DNA of 64,000 nt from a virus, in the IMG/VR virus record IMGVR_UViG_3300008262_000008. One strand, given 5' to 3'. Position numbers and translations under genes: made by a program. Shown here in pieces: positions 11,380 through 19,524 of the stretch; the stretch's first letter is position 1; each line of letters opens with the position of its first letter. The notes under the pieces were generated by a model. The model searched no databases and was not told where the DNA came from. It was given only the letters and a program-made list of their open reading frames with translations.

Positions 11380-11952
11380 TCAATCCCCAACAAAGACATC
11401 TACGGCACCTCCACCAATTAAACTTAAACAACCAACATGCATACCATTTAAAGGATCACCAACTCGACATAATCGTTTTTTATTTACAAATACACTCTTT
11501 CCAGTTGATACTGCTTTTCTTTCATGACCAATGCCATTCTTATCTTCTACTACTAATGATACACTACAATTGCATGTGGTAGGTGGTGTTGTGGGGGGAT
11601 TACCTGGACAAGTAGTAATCACAGTATTCATTGTTGGCGATATATGATATGTCAATAAGTCTTGATCCAGAATAGGTACAATTTTATTAATTAATACTAC
11701 TCCTTGTAAAGCAGATCCTACAACTGCTGGAGGCATAGGCACAAGTGGAGTTGGCGGCCAATAGCATTGAGCATTTTTTTGCACTAATGGAAGCTTAATT
11801 GCTGGATCCCCACAAGCGGCTGTGAGGCATAATGAACTCTGAGTAGGATGTTGTGCTAAAGGACCGCCAGCAGCAGCGCCTATTCCATGCCCAGTACAAG
11901 ATCCTCTATAAATTCCTGCAGGTTTTTTTAAACTACATGCTTCTGCTGCCAT
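11380..11952 (-). CDS. PAAR-like spike tip protein (gp5.4-like), extended and Cys/His-rich
   Basis: N-terminal GxCTGH; C-terminal SVFVNKKRLCRVGDPL...IGGGAVDVFVGD resembles PAAR repeats; baseplate context. Confidence 0.8.
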   Translation of the reverse strand: MAAEACSLKKPAGIYRGSCTGHGIGAAAGGPLAQHPTQSSLCLTAACGDPAIKLPLVQKNAQCYWPPTPLVPMPPAVVGSALQGVVLINKIVPILDQDLLTYHISPTMNTVITTCPGNPPTTPPTTCNCSVSLVVEDKNGIGHERKAVSTGKSVFVNKKRLCRVGDPLNGMHVGCLSLIGGGAVDVFVGD

Positions 11953-11964
11953 ATTTTACTCCTA

Positions 11965-14115
11965 TTAATTGCAGATTGCTGGAAATGGATTGCCATATGC
12001 ATTAACTGTTTGACCCCATAATACTGCTTCATTTGAAAAATTATGATGAATACCAATTGTGCCACTAATTGTATAGTCTACGCATCCTGTGCCACTATAA
12101 GATGTAGTTACAGTTGAATATGTTGCTCCACCTGTATATGGTGTTGTTCCAACCCCTGTGACCGTTCCAGCGCAAGCTGGTGACGTTCCCGTAAAGGTAC
12201 TAAAAATATTTATAGGTCCATTAGCAGAAACAGTTAATGTACTTCCACTTACACTCAATACAGTAGCTATAGTTCCATTATTGAATGTTAGAGTTTGATT
12301 TATTGCATTACTACCAGAAGTTAATGATACTGTAATTGATGTAGATACTGCTCCAATACAAGTTGAACAGTTATCGTTAGTAACGTCTACTACCATAGTG
12401 ACATTTATACTGGCAGTCTCTCTAGAATCTGGAGAATAATCAATCATATTATATTTTGTATCACTTGTAGCACAAGGAAGATCAAACCAAGATCCAACAG
12501 TACTATAAACTTTTCTAGCTCTTACTGATACAGTTTTACTTTCATCATCACTAATTGCTTGATAATAACTATCATTAGCAGAATTTGAACCAGGAACAAC
12601 TTGATCAGTATAGATTTTACCTAACTTTGGTACTGTATCTGTTAATGTTTTAGATACACTTGGATCAATATACTGAGGTTTTATTTTTTCAGCAAGATCT
12701 TTTCTCAATCCTGTTCTGCCAACTCTTCTAGTTTTTATTTCAATTGGATCTTCTTCAACAGTGAATGGTGGAATACCATATTCAACCTTAATCTCACTAT
12801 ATCCAGGTTCAAGCCTTTCTAAGAATTCTTCTTTAGAATAACCATAATAGTTTCTTGCATTAGGAGTTGCATCATAAGCATTTAAAAATTCTTTATGGAT
12901 TTCTTTTGCATCTCTTTTTTCTGATGCGATATCTATCCTTGTTTGATTTGTTGATGAAACAAAAGCAGCTGGTGGTGATGCATCAAGATATCCAGATCCA
13001 GGATATACGACTTTAACAGATAATAGACTACCACCTACCCATTGCCCTTCCAATTTTGCAAAATCCCCACCAGTATTGGGTGGATCAATACCAATTGGAG
13101 GACGATTATTTAATTTATCAAATCCAGATCCACCAGTGATTACTGTTACTCCAGTTACATATCCATTTACTACTGATACTGATAATTCAGGTTCAATAAC
13201 TTCACCCCAAGGATATCCATTTTCAACAGTTGCTTTCGTATACCAAATAGTTTTATTTCTAAATTCATATAATCCAACAAGTACACATTTATCTGTAATT
13301 CCTTTTCCTGCTTTGACTGTTGCTGTAGCTGTAGCAGATGAAATTGATTGATTATATGTAAAATTAGATCCAGATCCACTCAAGTAAAGTACATGCATAT
13401 TGATGGATGTATCAGTTGTAAAGACCTGTGATATTGTCCATCCATTGATTACTTGACCGACTTGAAAACGAGTTGCAGCGGTGCCACCATAACCATTCGA
13501 ATAAGTAATAGCAACTCTTAGATCATTTGTACCTACAGTTCTAATTAATGGAAATGGATCTTTTTCTCCTGCATCAGTTAATTTGCCATCTGTAGTAGTA
13601 TAAGTTAATCCTACACTTATGGGAGGACATAAAACACCAGTTCCAGGAGTTGTAATCTTTGTTGCTCCATTACAACCATAGTAACCTTTAGTAAGTGTGG
13701 TAGCAGTCGTTCCCCCTGTAGGAGGAGCTCCCCCAACACCAGGAGTTGCACCAGTTGTAGTACTGCTAGTAGTAGTTTGCAAACATGGCCATCCACCTAC
13801 ATGAGATGATAAGTCCCACAGATAATACCACCATTGTGAAGATTCGATTGGAGTAAAACTCAATGCTGAAGGTGCTGCATCAAACACTCTTGAACGAATA
13901 GTTCCAGTTCCACCAGAATAGGTATCATCAACATATGGATAAACGACACAATCCGTTTCATGTCCTGGATATGGATCATACCCATAACGAGTGTACAAAC
14001 TCTCTGGAGACATTACTTTAGTGATTGCAATACCACTTGAATAAGCTACACCAGTATAGGTAAATCCATTACTTGTGAATGTTCCGTTACTAGGTACAAC
14101 GCATGTCGCAACCAT
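11965..14115 (-). CDS. Virion structural protein (baseplate/tail associated)
   Basis: 716 aa, Thr/Gly-rich, with VTVITGGSGF / VVYPGSGY beta repeats like those in gp7. Confidence 0.7.
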   Translation of the reverse strand: MVATCVVPSNGTFTSNGFTYTGVAYSSGIAITKVMSPESLYTRYGYDPYPGHETDCVVYPYVDDTYSGGTGTIRSRVFDAAPSALSFTPIESSQWWYYLWDLSSHVGGWPCLQTTTSSTTTGATPGVGGAPPTGGTTATTLTKGYYGCNGATKITTPGTGVLCPPISVGLTYTTTDGKLTDAGEKDPFPLIRTVGTNDLRVAITYSNGYGGTAATRFQVGQVINGWTISQVFTTDTSINMHVLYLSGSGSNFTYNQSISSATATATVKAGKGITDKCVLVGLYEFRNKTIWYTKATVENGYPWGEVIEPELSVSVVNGYVTGVTVITGGSGFDKLNNRPPIGIDPPNTGGDFAKLEGQWVGGSLLSVKVVYPGSGYLDASPPAAFVSSTNQTRIDIASEKRDAKEIHKEFLNAYDATPNARNYYGYSKEEFLERLEPGYSEIKVEYGIPPFTVEEDPIEIKTRRVGRTGLRKDLAEKIKPQYIDPSVSKTLTDTVPKLGKIYTDQVVPGSNSANDSYYQAISDDESKTVSVRARKVYSTVGSWFDLPCATSDTKYNMIDYSPDSRETASINVTMVVDVTNDNCSTCIGAVSTSITVSLTSGSNAINQTLTFNNGTIATVLSVSGSTLTVSANGPINIFSTFTGTSPACAGTVTGVGTTPYTGGATYSTVTTSYSGTGCVDYTISGTIGIHHNFSNEAVLWGQTVNAYGNPFPAICN

Positions 14116-14117
14116 TA

Positions 14118-14318
14118 CTACTTGCCGCTATCAAATATAATTTCTTCAATCCTATTTAGTCTGGCATAGATGGCATCTAGTGCTTCAGCAAGATAGATAT
14201 GTTTACTACTACCAGGAGGTCGATACTGCAAACTCTCCTTGGTAATGACTGGAATATTCCCTACAACAACTCGTAGATCTTCCAATCCCTTTTTAATCTC
14301 TGCTACTTGTTCTTCCAT
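14118..14318 (-). CDS. Hypothetical protein (66 aa, MEEQVAEIKK...)
   Basis: Start at 14318 overlaps the upstream stop (TGATG coupling). Confidence 0.7.
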   Translation of the reverse strand: MEEQVAEIKKGLEDLRVVVGNIPVITKESLQYRPPGSSKHIYLAEALDAIYARLNRIEEIIFDSGK

Positions 14319-14992
14319 CAGTTTTTTACTCCAATTAAAGAATAACGTGGTTCGTTCACATACCAATCTCTCTCAAGAAACGCGGAATGAAACAGATTTC
14401 CATCGTAGATAACGAGACGATTATACTTCATTTCCGAAAGATAATACATACACCACTTATCATCCTCAACAATAGTCTCCCATTCCGTTTCTTTATCAGA
14501 ACTATTCTTAACTGCACTCTCAATTTCTGCCTGAATCGCGGCGGGGGTCCTTTTCCAGTTAGTATATAACTTCTTATACGCATAAAATCCCGTGCCACCT
14601 TGACAATCCTGATTTAACCAAAGATTTGCTACGGTATCAGTATAGTCTACATGCGGGAGATTATTCCTAAATCGCGCAGGCATACTGCCAGAATAGATGT
14701 TAGTTGCCCAGGTAAAGAAGGTTTCTTCTCTAAAGAAATCATTCAGAAAGTTGTTGATATTATACAACCAACCTCTCGTAATATGTTGACGACTACCTGG
14801 TGATAAATCAAAGTTAAACTCTGAGTTAATAAACGCAGGGAAATACTCAAGGAACTCCCTACAATCTTCAGGGTGGGAGAGGAAGTCATCAAAATAATAC
14901 CAGTCAGCACCTAACACACTCTCTTTGTAGAAAGTATGTTTGGGATTAATCTGAGTGGCATGATCAACAAATGCTTTTGATAAAAAATTCAT
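14318..14992 (-). CDS. 2OG-Fe(II) oxygenase-like protein (DUF6445-like)
   Basis: PHVD (HxD), GGTGFY and YNRLVIYDGNLFHS (distal His) motifs. Confidence 0.75.
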   Translation of the reverse strand: MNFLSKAFVDHATQINPKHTFYKESVLGADWYYFDDFLSHPEDCREFLEYFPAFINSEFNFDLSPGSRQHITRGWLYNINNFLNDFFREETFFTWATNIYSGSMPARFRNNLPHVDYTDTVANLWLNQDCQGGTGFYAYKKLYTNWKRTPAAIQAEIESAVKNSSDKETEWETIVEDDKWCMYYLSEMKYNRLVIYDGNLFHSAFLERDWYVNEPRYSLIGVKN

Positions 14993-15150
14993 TCTTCAAC
15001 TTTTGTTAAAATAATAGTGTCTTCATCAAGTGAATATGAGATAACATCGCCTTCTAACCATCCCAATTCTTCAATGAGATCATCTGGTAATTTTACAAAT
15101 AAATCTCCACTATCGTCTTCTTCTAAATTAAGTGTATATTTTTTTGACAT
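14989..15150 (-). CDS. AbrB/MazE-like small DNA-binding protein (53 aa)
   Basis: Translated by hand: MSKKYTLNLEEDDSGDLFVKLPDDLIEELGWLEGDVISYSLDEDTIILTKVEE; xLPxxLxxxLGWxxGD swapped-hairpin pattern. Confidence 0.75.
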   Translation of the reverse strand: MSKKYTLNLEEDDSGDLFVKLPDDLIEELGWLEGDVISYSLDEDTIILTKVEE

Positions 15151-15158
15151 AAGATCTC

Positions 15159-15392
15159 CTAAAAATCGTCGATTTTTAAAGTGACGGTCTTACAATCATA
15201 ATCTATCATGAATAAGATTTCCTTATTGTCTAACCATTCTAGTTTTTCTAGAATGTCTTTTGGTATCATGGTTAATAACTCATCATCCTCAGTATAACAA
15301 TATGCAATCTTATCTGTTAGATTATTTAATTCTTCCTCTGTTACACTAGTATCTTTTACTTCTACTGAACTAATATCAATTGTTTCATCCAT
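15159..15392 (-). CDS. AbrB-like protein (divergent)
   Basis: LLTMIPKDILEKLEWLDNKEILFMID...VTLK resembles the same pattern. Confidence 0.5.
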   Translation of the reverse strand: MDETIDISSVEVKDTSVTEEELNNLTDKIAYCYTEDDELLTMIPKDILEKLEWLDNKEILFMIDYDCKTVTLKIDDF

Positions 15393-15393
15393 A

Positions 15394-15561
15394 TCAAATA
15401 CTCCATACTGTCTGTAGTTTTAATTCTACTAAAAGTTCACCTGCCTGTCCAGAGACATCAGGATCTACATGAGTATTCTCTGTTTGTTCTAGAAGAGAAA
15501 ACAGATAATCTAATTCTTTCTGAGATAACGTAATGTTATGAAGTTTAATTTTCTTTGTCAT
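15394..15561 (-). CDS. Hypothetical protein (55 aa)
   Basis: Translated by hand, MTKKIKLHNITLSQKELDYL...VWSI; fills the gap between flanking genes. Confidence 0.6.
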   Translation of the reverse strand: MTKKIKLHNITLSQKELDYLFSLLEQTENTHVDPDVSGQAGELLVELKLQTVWSI

Positions 15562-15563
15562 GA

Positions 15564-15971
15564 TTAGTTACAAACTGAAGATCCAAGTGCAAAACCAAGA
15601 GGTAATGACCATCGAAGCGCCTCGTTTTTACTCAACGCCCCAGCAATTGCAGCACCATATGCCCCACTAGTGAGACTATTGCACTTTCGTTGCTGTTGTA
15701 TATATGGAGGATTTTGTGGAATTTGTTGAGGATAATAACCCTGAGATCTACAGGGAACTCTCTCTACTCCATACGATACACGCCCTGGCACCCAGTTGCC
15801 ATATGGATCGTAGAACCCAGGAGAATACCTCTCAGTAGGGATCTCGACCATGCATCCAGTGTGATAGTACCCCCCAGTGTTATAGTTCCTCATTTGTGCA
15901 TTTGCAGGGGTCATCAACCCTACAGACCCAAAAATTACCGCGAAAAAAATTTTGAAATCCTTGATTGCCAT
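15564..15971 (-). CDS. Conserved cyanophage secreted/membrane protein with a C-terminal glycine-zipper-like segment
   Basis: Likely start MAIKDFKIFF at 15971; N-terminal hydrophobic signal; C-terminal GAYGAAIAGAL...WSLPLGFALGSSVC. Confidence 0.7.
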   Translation of the reverse strand: MAIKDFKIFFAVIFGSVGLMTPANAQMRNYNTGGYYHTGCMVEIPTERYSPGFYDPYGNWVPGRVSYGVERVPCRSQGYYPQQIPQNPPYIQQQRKCNSLTSGAYGAAIAGALSKNEALRWSLPLGFALGSSVCN

Positions 15972-16066
15972 TTGTGTTTTTCCCCTGAGAGTATAATTGA
16001 AAGACATTCTTGTAGACACATCCAAATATAACTGATCTCTTCTATGAATGTCGTCTTTGTAGACAT
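15935..16066 (-). CDS. Small hypothetical protein (43 aa, MSTKTTFIEEISYIWMCL...)
   Basis: Translated by hand; lies downstream of the CTAAATA late promoter at 16101-16107. Confidence 0.5.
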   Translation of the reverse strand: MSTKTTFIEEISYIWMCLQECLSIILSGEKHKWQSRISKFFSR

Positions 16067-16100
16067 CTGTTACCTACGAAAAAATTTTTGATTATCGATA

Positions 16101-16107
16101 TATTTAG
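16101..16107 (-). promoter_or_regulatory. T4-type late (gp55) promoter, CTAAATA
   Basis: Minus-strand CTAAATA at the head of the leftward structural block. Confidence 0.55.
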
Positions 16108-16173
16108 AGGGTGCTTTAGGGACCGTTATAGATTACATAGGACCCGAAAGATTATATAAAGGGGGGGTATATA

Positions 16174-16216
16174 CTGCCTCTAAGTATAACTAACTCCTCT
16201 GCCTCTGTGTATAACT
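16174..16216. repeat. 18-bp direct repeat x2 (CTGCCTCT-NN-GTATAACT)
   Basis: 16174-16191 and 16199-16216, 16/18 identical, non-coding. Confidence 0.8.
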
Positions 16217-16218
16217 CA

Positions 16219-16238
16219 GAGGGGCACAGATGCCCCTC
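16219..16238 (-). terminator. GC-rich hairpin GAGGGGCA-TCTG-TGCCCCTC, probable terminator
   Basis: Perfect 8-bp stem just after the 16258 stop; U-tail is weak. Confidence 0.5.
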
Positions 16239-16257
16239 CAAGATCACTCTAACTCAT

Positions 16258-16410
16258 TCAGAAGTCGATATATTCCAGAGTGGGAACATTGCCCTCAGAG
16301 GTATTCTCAGAGGTGCTCACACTGTCAGAGGTGAGGGAATCGAGAATAGAGAGAATTTCCTCCCCGTTGTTACCTTGGCGCAGCATCGAGATCATCACTT
16401 GCTTAGACAT
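16258..16410 (-). CDS. Small hypothetical protein (50 aa, MSKQVMISMLRQGNNGEEILSILDSL...)
   Basis: Translated by hand; preceded by CTAAATA at 16455-16461. Confidence 0.65.
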   Translation of the reverse strand: MSKQVMISMLRQGNNGEEILSILDSLTSDSVSTSENTSEGNVPTLEYIDF

Positions 16411-16489
16411 AATGTGTTCGGTTCGTTGTTAGTTAGTGTGTGTTTGAAGAGGTATATTTAGTGACCCCATCTCTCCAGGGTCAGATATA

Positions 16490-16768
16490 TCAGAGATCTT
16501 GCATCATTTCATTCATTTCGTCGGCATTGATCTTAGGATCGTTCCACTTAACGCCGTCCTTTGTTTTAACAAGATGGCGACCAATTTGCCCATCAATCAT
16601 ACAACGAACAAACTTATCCCAAGGCGTTTCGTTATCACCACAGAACTCAACACATGCTTTGGCAGTGTTATAGAGAAACTCATCATTGCCAATCCACAGT
16701 GCTACATTCCAGGTCTCATAATTTGCCCAACCGTTGTAACCTTTGTCGATGGTGTTGGTGATAGTCAT
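16490..16768 (-). CDS. Conserved phage hypothetical protein (YNGWANYETWNVALW motif)
   Basis: 92 aa; directly downstream of the promoter at 16814-16842. Confidence 0.8.
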   Translation of the reverse strand: MTITNTIDKGYNGWANYETWNVALWIGNDEFLYNTAKACVEFCGDNETPWDKFVRCMIDGQIGRHLVKTKDGVKWNDPKINADEMNEMMQDL

Positions 16769-16813
16769 TTGAGGTGATTTGTGTGTGGGGTCTCTCTCAA
16801 CCCCTGTGATAGT

Positions 16814-16890
16814 AGTATGGCAGCAAATGGGGGGAAAGTCAAGGGGTTATCTATCAGTGCTGCTTATGGGTCAAATAAGAGGGTCTGATA
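16814..16890 (-). promoter_or_regulatory. Sigma70-type early promoter with two upstream dyads
   Basis: -35 TTGACT (16837-16842), 17 bp, -10 CATACT (16814-16819); dyads at 16852-16868 and 16874-16890. Confidence 0.8.
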
Positions 16891-16922
16891 GGTATATTTT
16901 GTGTGGGTCTGGGTAAAATCAC

Positions 16923-16951
16923 TTGACAAGTCGATAAATAACTGCTAAGGT
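16923..16951 (+). promoter_or_regulatory. Rightward (antisense) sigma70 promoter with an embedded late-promoter motif
   Basis: TTGACA (16923-16928), 17 bp, extended TGn-TAAGGT (16943-16951); ATAAATA at 16934-16940. Confidence 0.6.
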
Positions 16952-17025
16952 CTACATCAACTCCGCCTATTTTCTGATCATTCTCTCTATACACATCACG
17001 AACATATATTTTTTTAGGTATTTCT

Positions 17026-17105
17026 TTTTCCACAACTTTTTCCACAGAAATTAACACAAATTGTGGAAAACTTCCGCAACTAACATAGAAACATAGTTTT
17101 CCACA
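17026..17105. repeat. Cluster of four perfect TTTTCCACA nonamers (DnaA-box-like)
   Basis: + at 17026-17034, 17038-17046 and 17097-17105; reverse at 17062-17070. Confidence 0.85.
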
Positions 17106-17176
17106 TCCGCATCATCTAGAAACAAAAGTTCTTCTAACACGATTTCATCTAGTGGGAGATCTTCAGAGAATGACAT
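17051..17176 (-). CDS. Possible small acidic ORF (41 aa, MSFSEDLPLDEIVLEELL...)
   Basis: Translated by hand; overlaps two of the TTTTCCACA boxes. Confidence 0.4.
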   Translation of the reverse strand: MSFSEDLPLDEIVLEELLFLDDADVENYVSMLVAEVFHNLC

Positions 17177-17441
17177 CAGGATCAGCACCAACAGATTTAA
17201 TCATTTCAGAGACATCTTCATCATCATAGTATAAACGAAGTTCTGCAATCAGTTCATCTTGTTCTAGTCCTGAGACATTATTTACAATCGTATCGAATAC
17301 AAATTGTTCCATCGTTTTCATGTCCATGCTATCAACCAACTGAGTTGCATAGTTATCAACGAGGTCAGAGAGTTGTGCTTCGGTCAGCATAGTTTTAGAG
17401 GGTTCAGATTTAAGGACTTCAATGTAAAGATCTTCAGTCAT
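17163..17441 (-). CDS. Hypothetical acidic protein
   Basis: ORF track, in the minus-strand early gene run. Confidence 0.7.
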   Translation of the reverse strand: MTEDLYIEVLKSEPSKTMLTEAQLSDLVDNYATQLVDSMDMKTMEQFVFDTIVNNVSGLEQDELIAELRLYYDDEDVSEMIKSVGADPDVIL

Positions 17442-17540
17442 CTTTCTTCTTAGTTGTTGAATTGTGAGAAAAAAGTATAGGACGAATCTGTTTAGTATTG
17501 GTGCGAATTGCGTTTGTTTGACGTTGTTGACGGGACATGA

Positions 17541-17690
17541 TTAGTTGCCTTGAATGATGTCAGCAGCAGTGTGAAGTACCTCTCCTGTTGTATATCGTAC
17601 CGAGGGATTGAAGATAAACAACAGGAGGAAGATTAGACCTAGAACTTTCATCTTATCAGGTGACTTGAAAGTGAGAGTTTTAGAGGACAT
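17541..17690 (-). CDS. Small membrane protein
   Basis: Likely start MSSKT at 17690; one hydrophobic segment (VLGLIFLLLFIF). Confidence 0.65.
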   Translation of the reverse strand: MSSKTLTFKSPDKMKVLGLIFLLLFIFNPSVRYTTGEVLHTAADIIQGN

Positions 17691-17692
17691 CT

Positions 17693-18007
17693 TCAGTTCA
17701 GACGCATACCAGAGAAGAAAGGAATCGTCATGCCATTGTAACGAATGAACCACTTAAAGTCTTTCTGAAAGACATACTCACCAGGGCAACCATGCTCGGC
17801 AAGAATAGCATTGAGGCGGGACTTTGTGGTAACAGTTTGCCAACCACCATCGAAAAGTTCAATCCAAGTTTCACCAATGCGAGCGATCAGATTACCATGC
17901 AGGTACACATCGCTGGAGTTAGTATAAGAAATGACTTCGGTATTCTTACACTTCCAATCTTTGCCGTTGGTGATAGCAGTGTTCATTTGGCGTTCGATTT
18001 GGCGCAT
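17693..18007 (-). CDS. Conserved cyanophage hypothetical protein (MRQIERQM...)
   Basis: 104 aa; first gene after the promoter at 18034. Confidence 0.8.
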   Translation of the reverse strand: MRQIERQMNTAITNGKDWKCKNTEVISYTNSSDVYLHGNLIARIGETWIELFDGGWQTVTTKSRLNAILAEHGCPGEYVFQKDFKWFIRYNGMTIPFFSGMRLN

Positions 18008-18033
18008 TTGAGGCGTTTCCTGATTACCTTGTA

Positions 18034-18110
18034 AGGATAGAACGGATCGGGCAGAAAGTCAAGCGTTTTGAGATTAGTGTTGCTTATCAGACTGATTAGC
18101 AACGATTATC
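18034..18110 (-). promoter_or_regulatory. Sigma70-type early promoter with tandem dyads
   Basis: TTGACT (18057-18062), 17 bp, TATCCT (18034-18039); dyads at 18072-18088 and 18094-18110. Confidence 0.85.
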
Positions 18111-18273
18111 GATTCTTATATTGACAATCAGGGGAAAACTCTTTAATCTGTTCGCAGATTTGTGCCTGACGTTGTTTGTATGCATCAAACATTTTGTTAT
18201 CACGTTGGATCAGAAATACGTTCCAACCGAGAATAGCAGCAAATGCAAGTGTGGCGTAAAGATAGAGTTTCAT
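18106..18273 (-). CDS. Small membrane protein (55 aa, MKLYLYATLAFAAILGW...)
   Basis: Translated by hand; N-terminal hydrophobic helix. Confidence 0.65.
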   Translation of the reverse strand: MKLYLYATLAFAAILGWNVFLIQRDNKMFDAYKQRQAQICEQIKEFSPDCQYKNR

Positions 18274-18292
18274 GATTCAATTTAGAATTAAA

Positions 18293-18565
18293 TTAAACGA
18301 GGCAAAGTGCAGGAGCAGGTTGAACCAAATAGGAGAAACGTGTTGCCGTTACAGATGCACCAGCAAGACCAATCTCATCTACAATCTCCCACTCATCTTC
18401 CATCTCACGAATTACAACATAACCGAAAGTTCCTGCGATTGGCATTTGCTCAAGACCACAACGTTCTGCCTGTCGTTGAGTGCTAAAACGCTCTTTACGA
18501 TTCCACCAACCGAGACGATTTACGTCTTCAGAAGGTCCGAAACTGATGCAAATGTATTCAGGCAT
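18293..18565 (-). CDS. Hypothetical protein
   Basis: ORF track, 90 aa. Confidence 0.65.
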   Translation of the reverse strand: MPEYICISFGPSEDVNRLGWWNRKERFSTQRQAERCGLEQMPIAGTFGYVVIREMEDEWEIVDEIGLAGASVTATRFSYLVQPAPALCLV

Positions 18566-18568
18566 GAT

Positions 18569-18730
18569 TTACACAGAAGGAGTAACGTTGATCTCTTTAA
18601 TGTTCAACCCACAGAGTTGATTGTAGACCCGATTGAGAATAAGTTTGTCGGCGGTCTTTGCCTTTGATTTCTCATACCAAATGGTCACACATCCATCGTA
18701 GGTCTCAACACGAACACGATAGTTTTTCAT
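18569..18730 (-). CDS. Small hypothetical protein (53 aa, MKNYRVRVETYDGC...)
   Basis: Translated by hand; ATGA-type overlap with the neighbour. Confidence 0.65.
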   Translation of the reverse strand: MKNYRVRVETYDGCVTIWYEKSKAKTADKLILNRVYNQLCGLNIKEINVTPSV

Positions 18731-18909
18731 GCGTTGTCGATTAGATCTTGTTCAATCTGGTGAAGTGTACTTACTGTCCAGTTCTCAGGATTACCATGAG
18801 GAGCATACAGTTGACTATAGCGAAGACCATAAAGATCAGGATTTAGATGTTGCAACTGTTCAAGAGTTTCAGCGATCTTAACGCTGATTTGGTGTTGATA
18901 ATCACTCAT
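18727..18909 (-). CDS. Hypothetical protein
   Basis: ORF track, 60 aa. Confidence 0.65.
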   Translation of the reverse strand: MSDYQHQISVKIAETLEQLQHLNPDLYGLRYSQLYAPHGNPENWTVSTLHQIEQDLIDNA

Positions 18910-18912
18910 GAT

Positions 18913-19077
18913 TCAGTAGTTAGAAACAACGGTGAAGATGATGCCAGTTTCGTTATAACGAAGAGTCACATCACAGTAATACTCTTCAGACAGATTGTAG
19001 GCGAGATCGTATGCCTTATCCATGTCAGTGGTAGTGTTCTCCCACGGTGCAGCGGGGCAAAGAACATCAACTCGCAT
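18913..19077 (-). CDS. Small hypothetical protein (54 aa, MRVDVLCPAAPWEN...)
   Basis: Translated by hand; first gene after the promoter at 19104. Confidence 0.7.
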   Translation of the reverse strand: MRVDVLCPAAPWENTTTDMDKAYDLAYNLSEEYYCDVTLRYNETGIIFTVVSNY

Positions 19078-19103
19078 TTGTTTCGTTTCCTGATTACCTT
19101 GTA

Positions 19104-19158
19104 AGGATAGGACGGATCACGCCAAAAGTCAAGCGTTTTGAGATTAGTGTTGCTTATC
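19104..19158 (-). promoter_or_regulatory. Sigma70-type early promoter with dyad
   Basis: TTGACT (19127-19132), 17 bp, TATCCT (19104-19109); dyad at 19142-19158. Confidence 0.85.
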
Positions 19159-19393
19159 GAAGAATGTGCCGATAATCAATTTCCCTAATCAACCAACCTG
19201 ATTGTGTTGCAATCTCTTCGCACAGTTCGTATGCTATATCAGCATCATCTGCATCGTTGTTTAGATCTAACTCAAAGATCTGTCCAATATAACGAGAGGG
19301 CAAAAACTCTTCAGTTTCAAGTTGATCTTGCTCACTCCAATCGTCATCATCAAGTGAACAATCAAATGCGATGTCAGTAACTTGAACTTGCAT
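19154..19393 (-). CDS. Hypothetical acidic protein
   Basis: ORF track, 79 aa. Confidence 0.7.
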   Translation of the reverse strand: MQVQVTDIAFDCSLDDDDWSEQDQLETEEFLPSRYIGQIFELDLNNDADDADIAYELCEEIATQSGWLIREIDYRHILR

Positions 19394-19395
19394 GA

Positions 19396-19524
19396 TTATT
19401 TGCGGAGAGGAGAATTGAAATAACGACGGAAAGCAGTAACAAGAATGATACCCGTCGAAATAACACCAACGAGACCAAGGAAGGTAACAGCATCGCCGCT
19501 GAAAGTGTAAGTATCAGGGTTCAT
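19396..19524 (-). CDS. Small membrane peptide (42 aa, MNPDTYTFSGDAVTFLGLVG...)
   Basis: Translated by hand; single TM segment followed by RR. Confidence 0.7.
   Translation of the reverse strand: MNPDTYTFSGDAVTFLGLVGVISTGIILVTAFRRYFNSPLRK

Noticed and set aside
16260-16370. Repeated CAGAG/CTCAGAGG motifs that looked like iterons
   Set aside because: Explained by the Ser/Glu/Thr codons of the 50-aa minus-strand ORF at 16258-16410
16854-17057. 67-aa minus-strand ORF (MLISVEKVVEK...)
   Set aside because: TTG start, no RBS, runs through promoter and dyad elements; VEK repeats are simply the DnaA-like boxes read in frame
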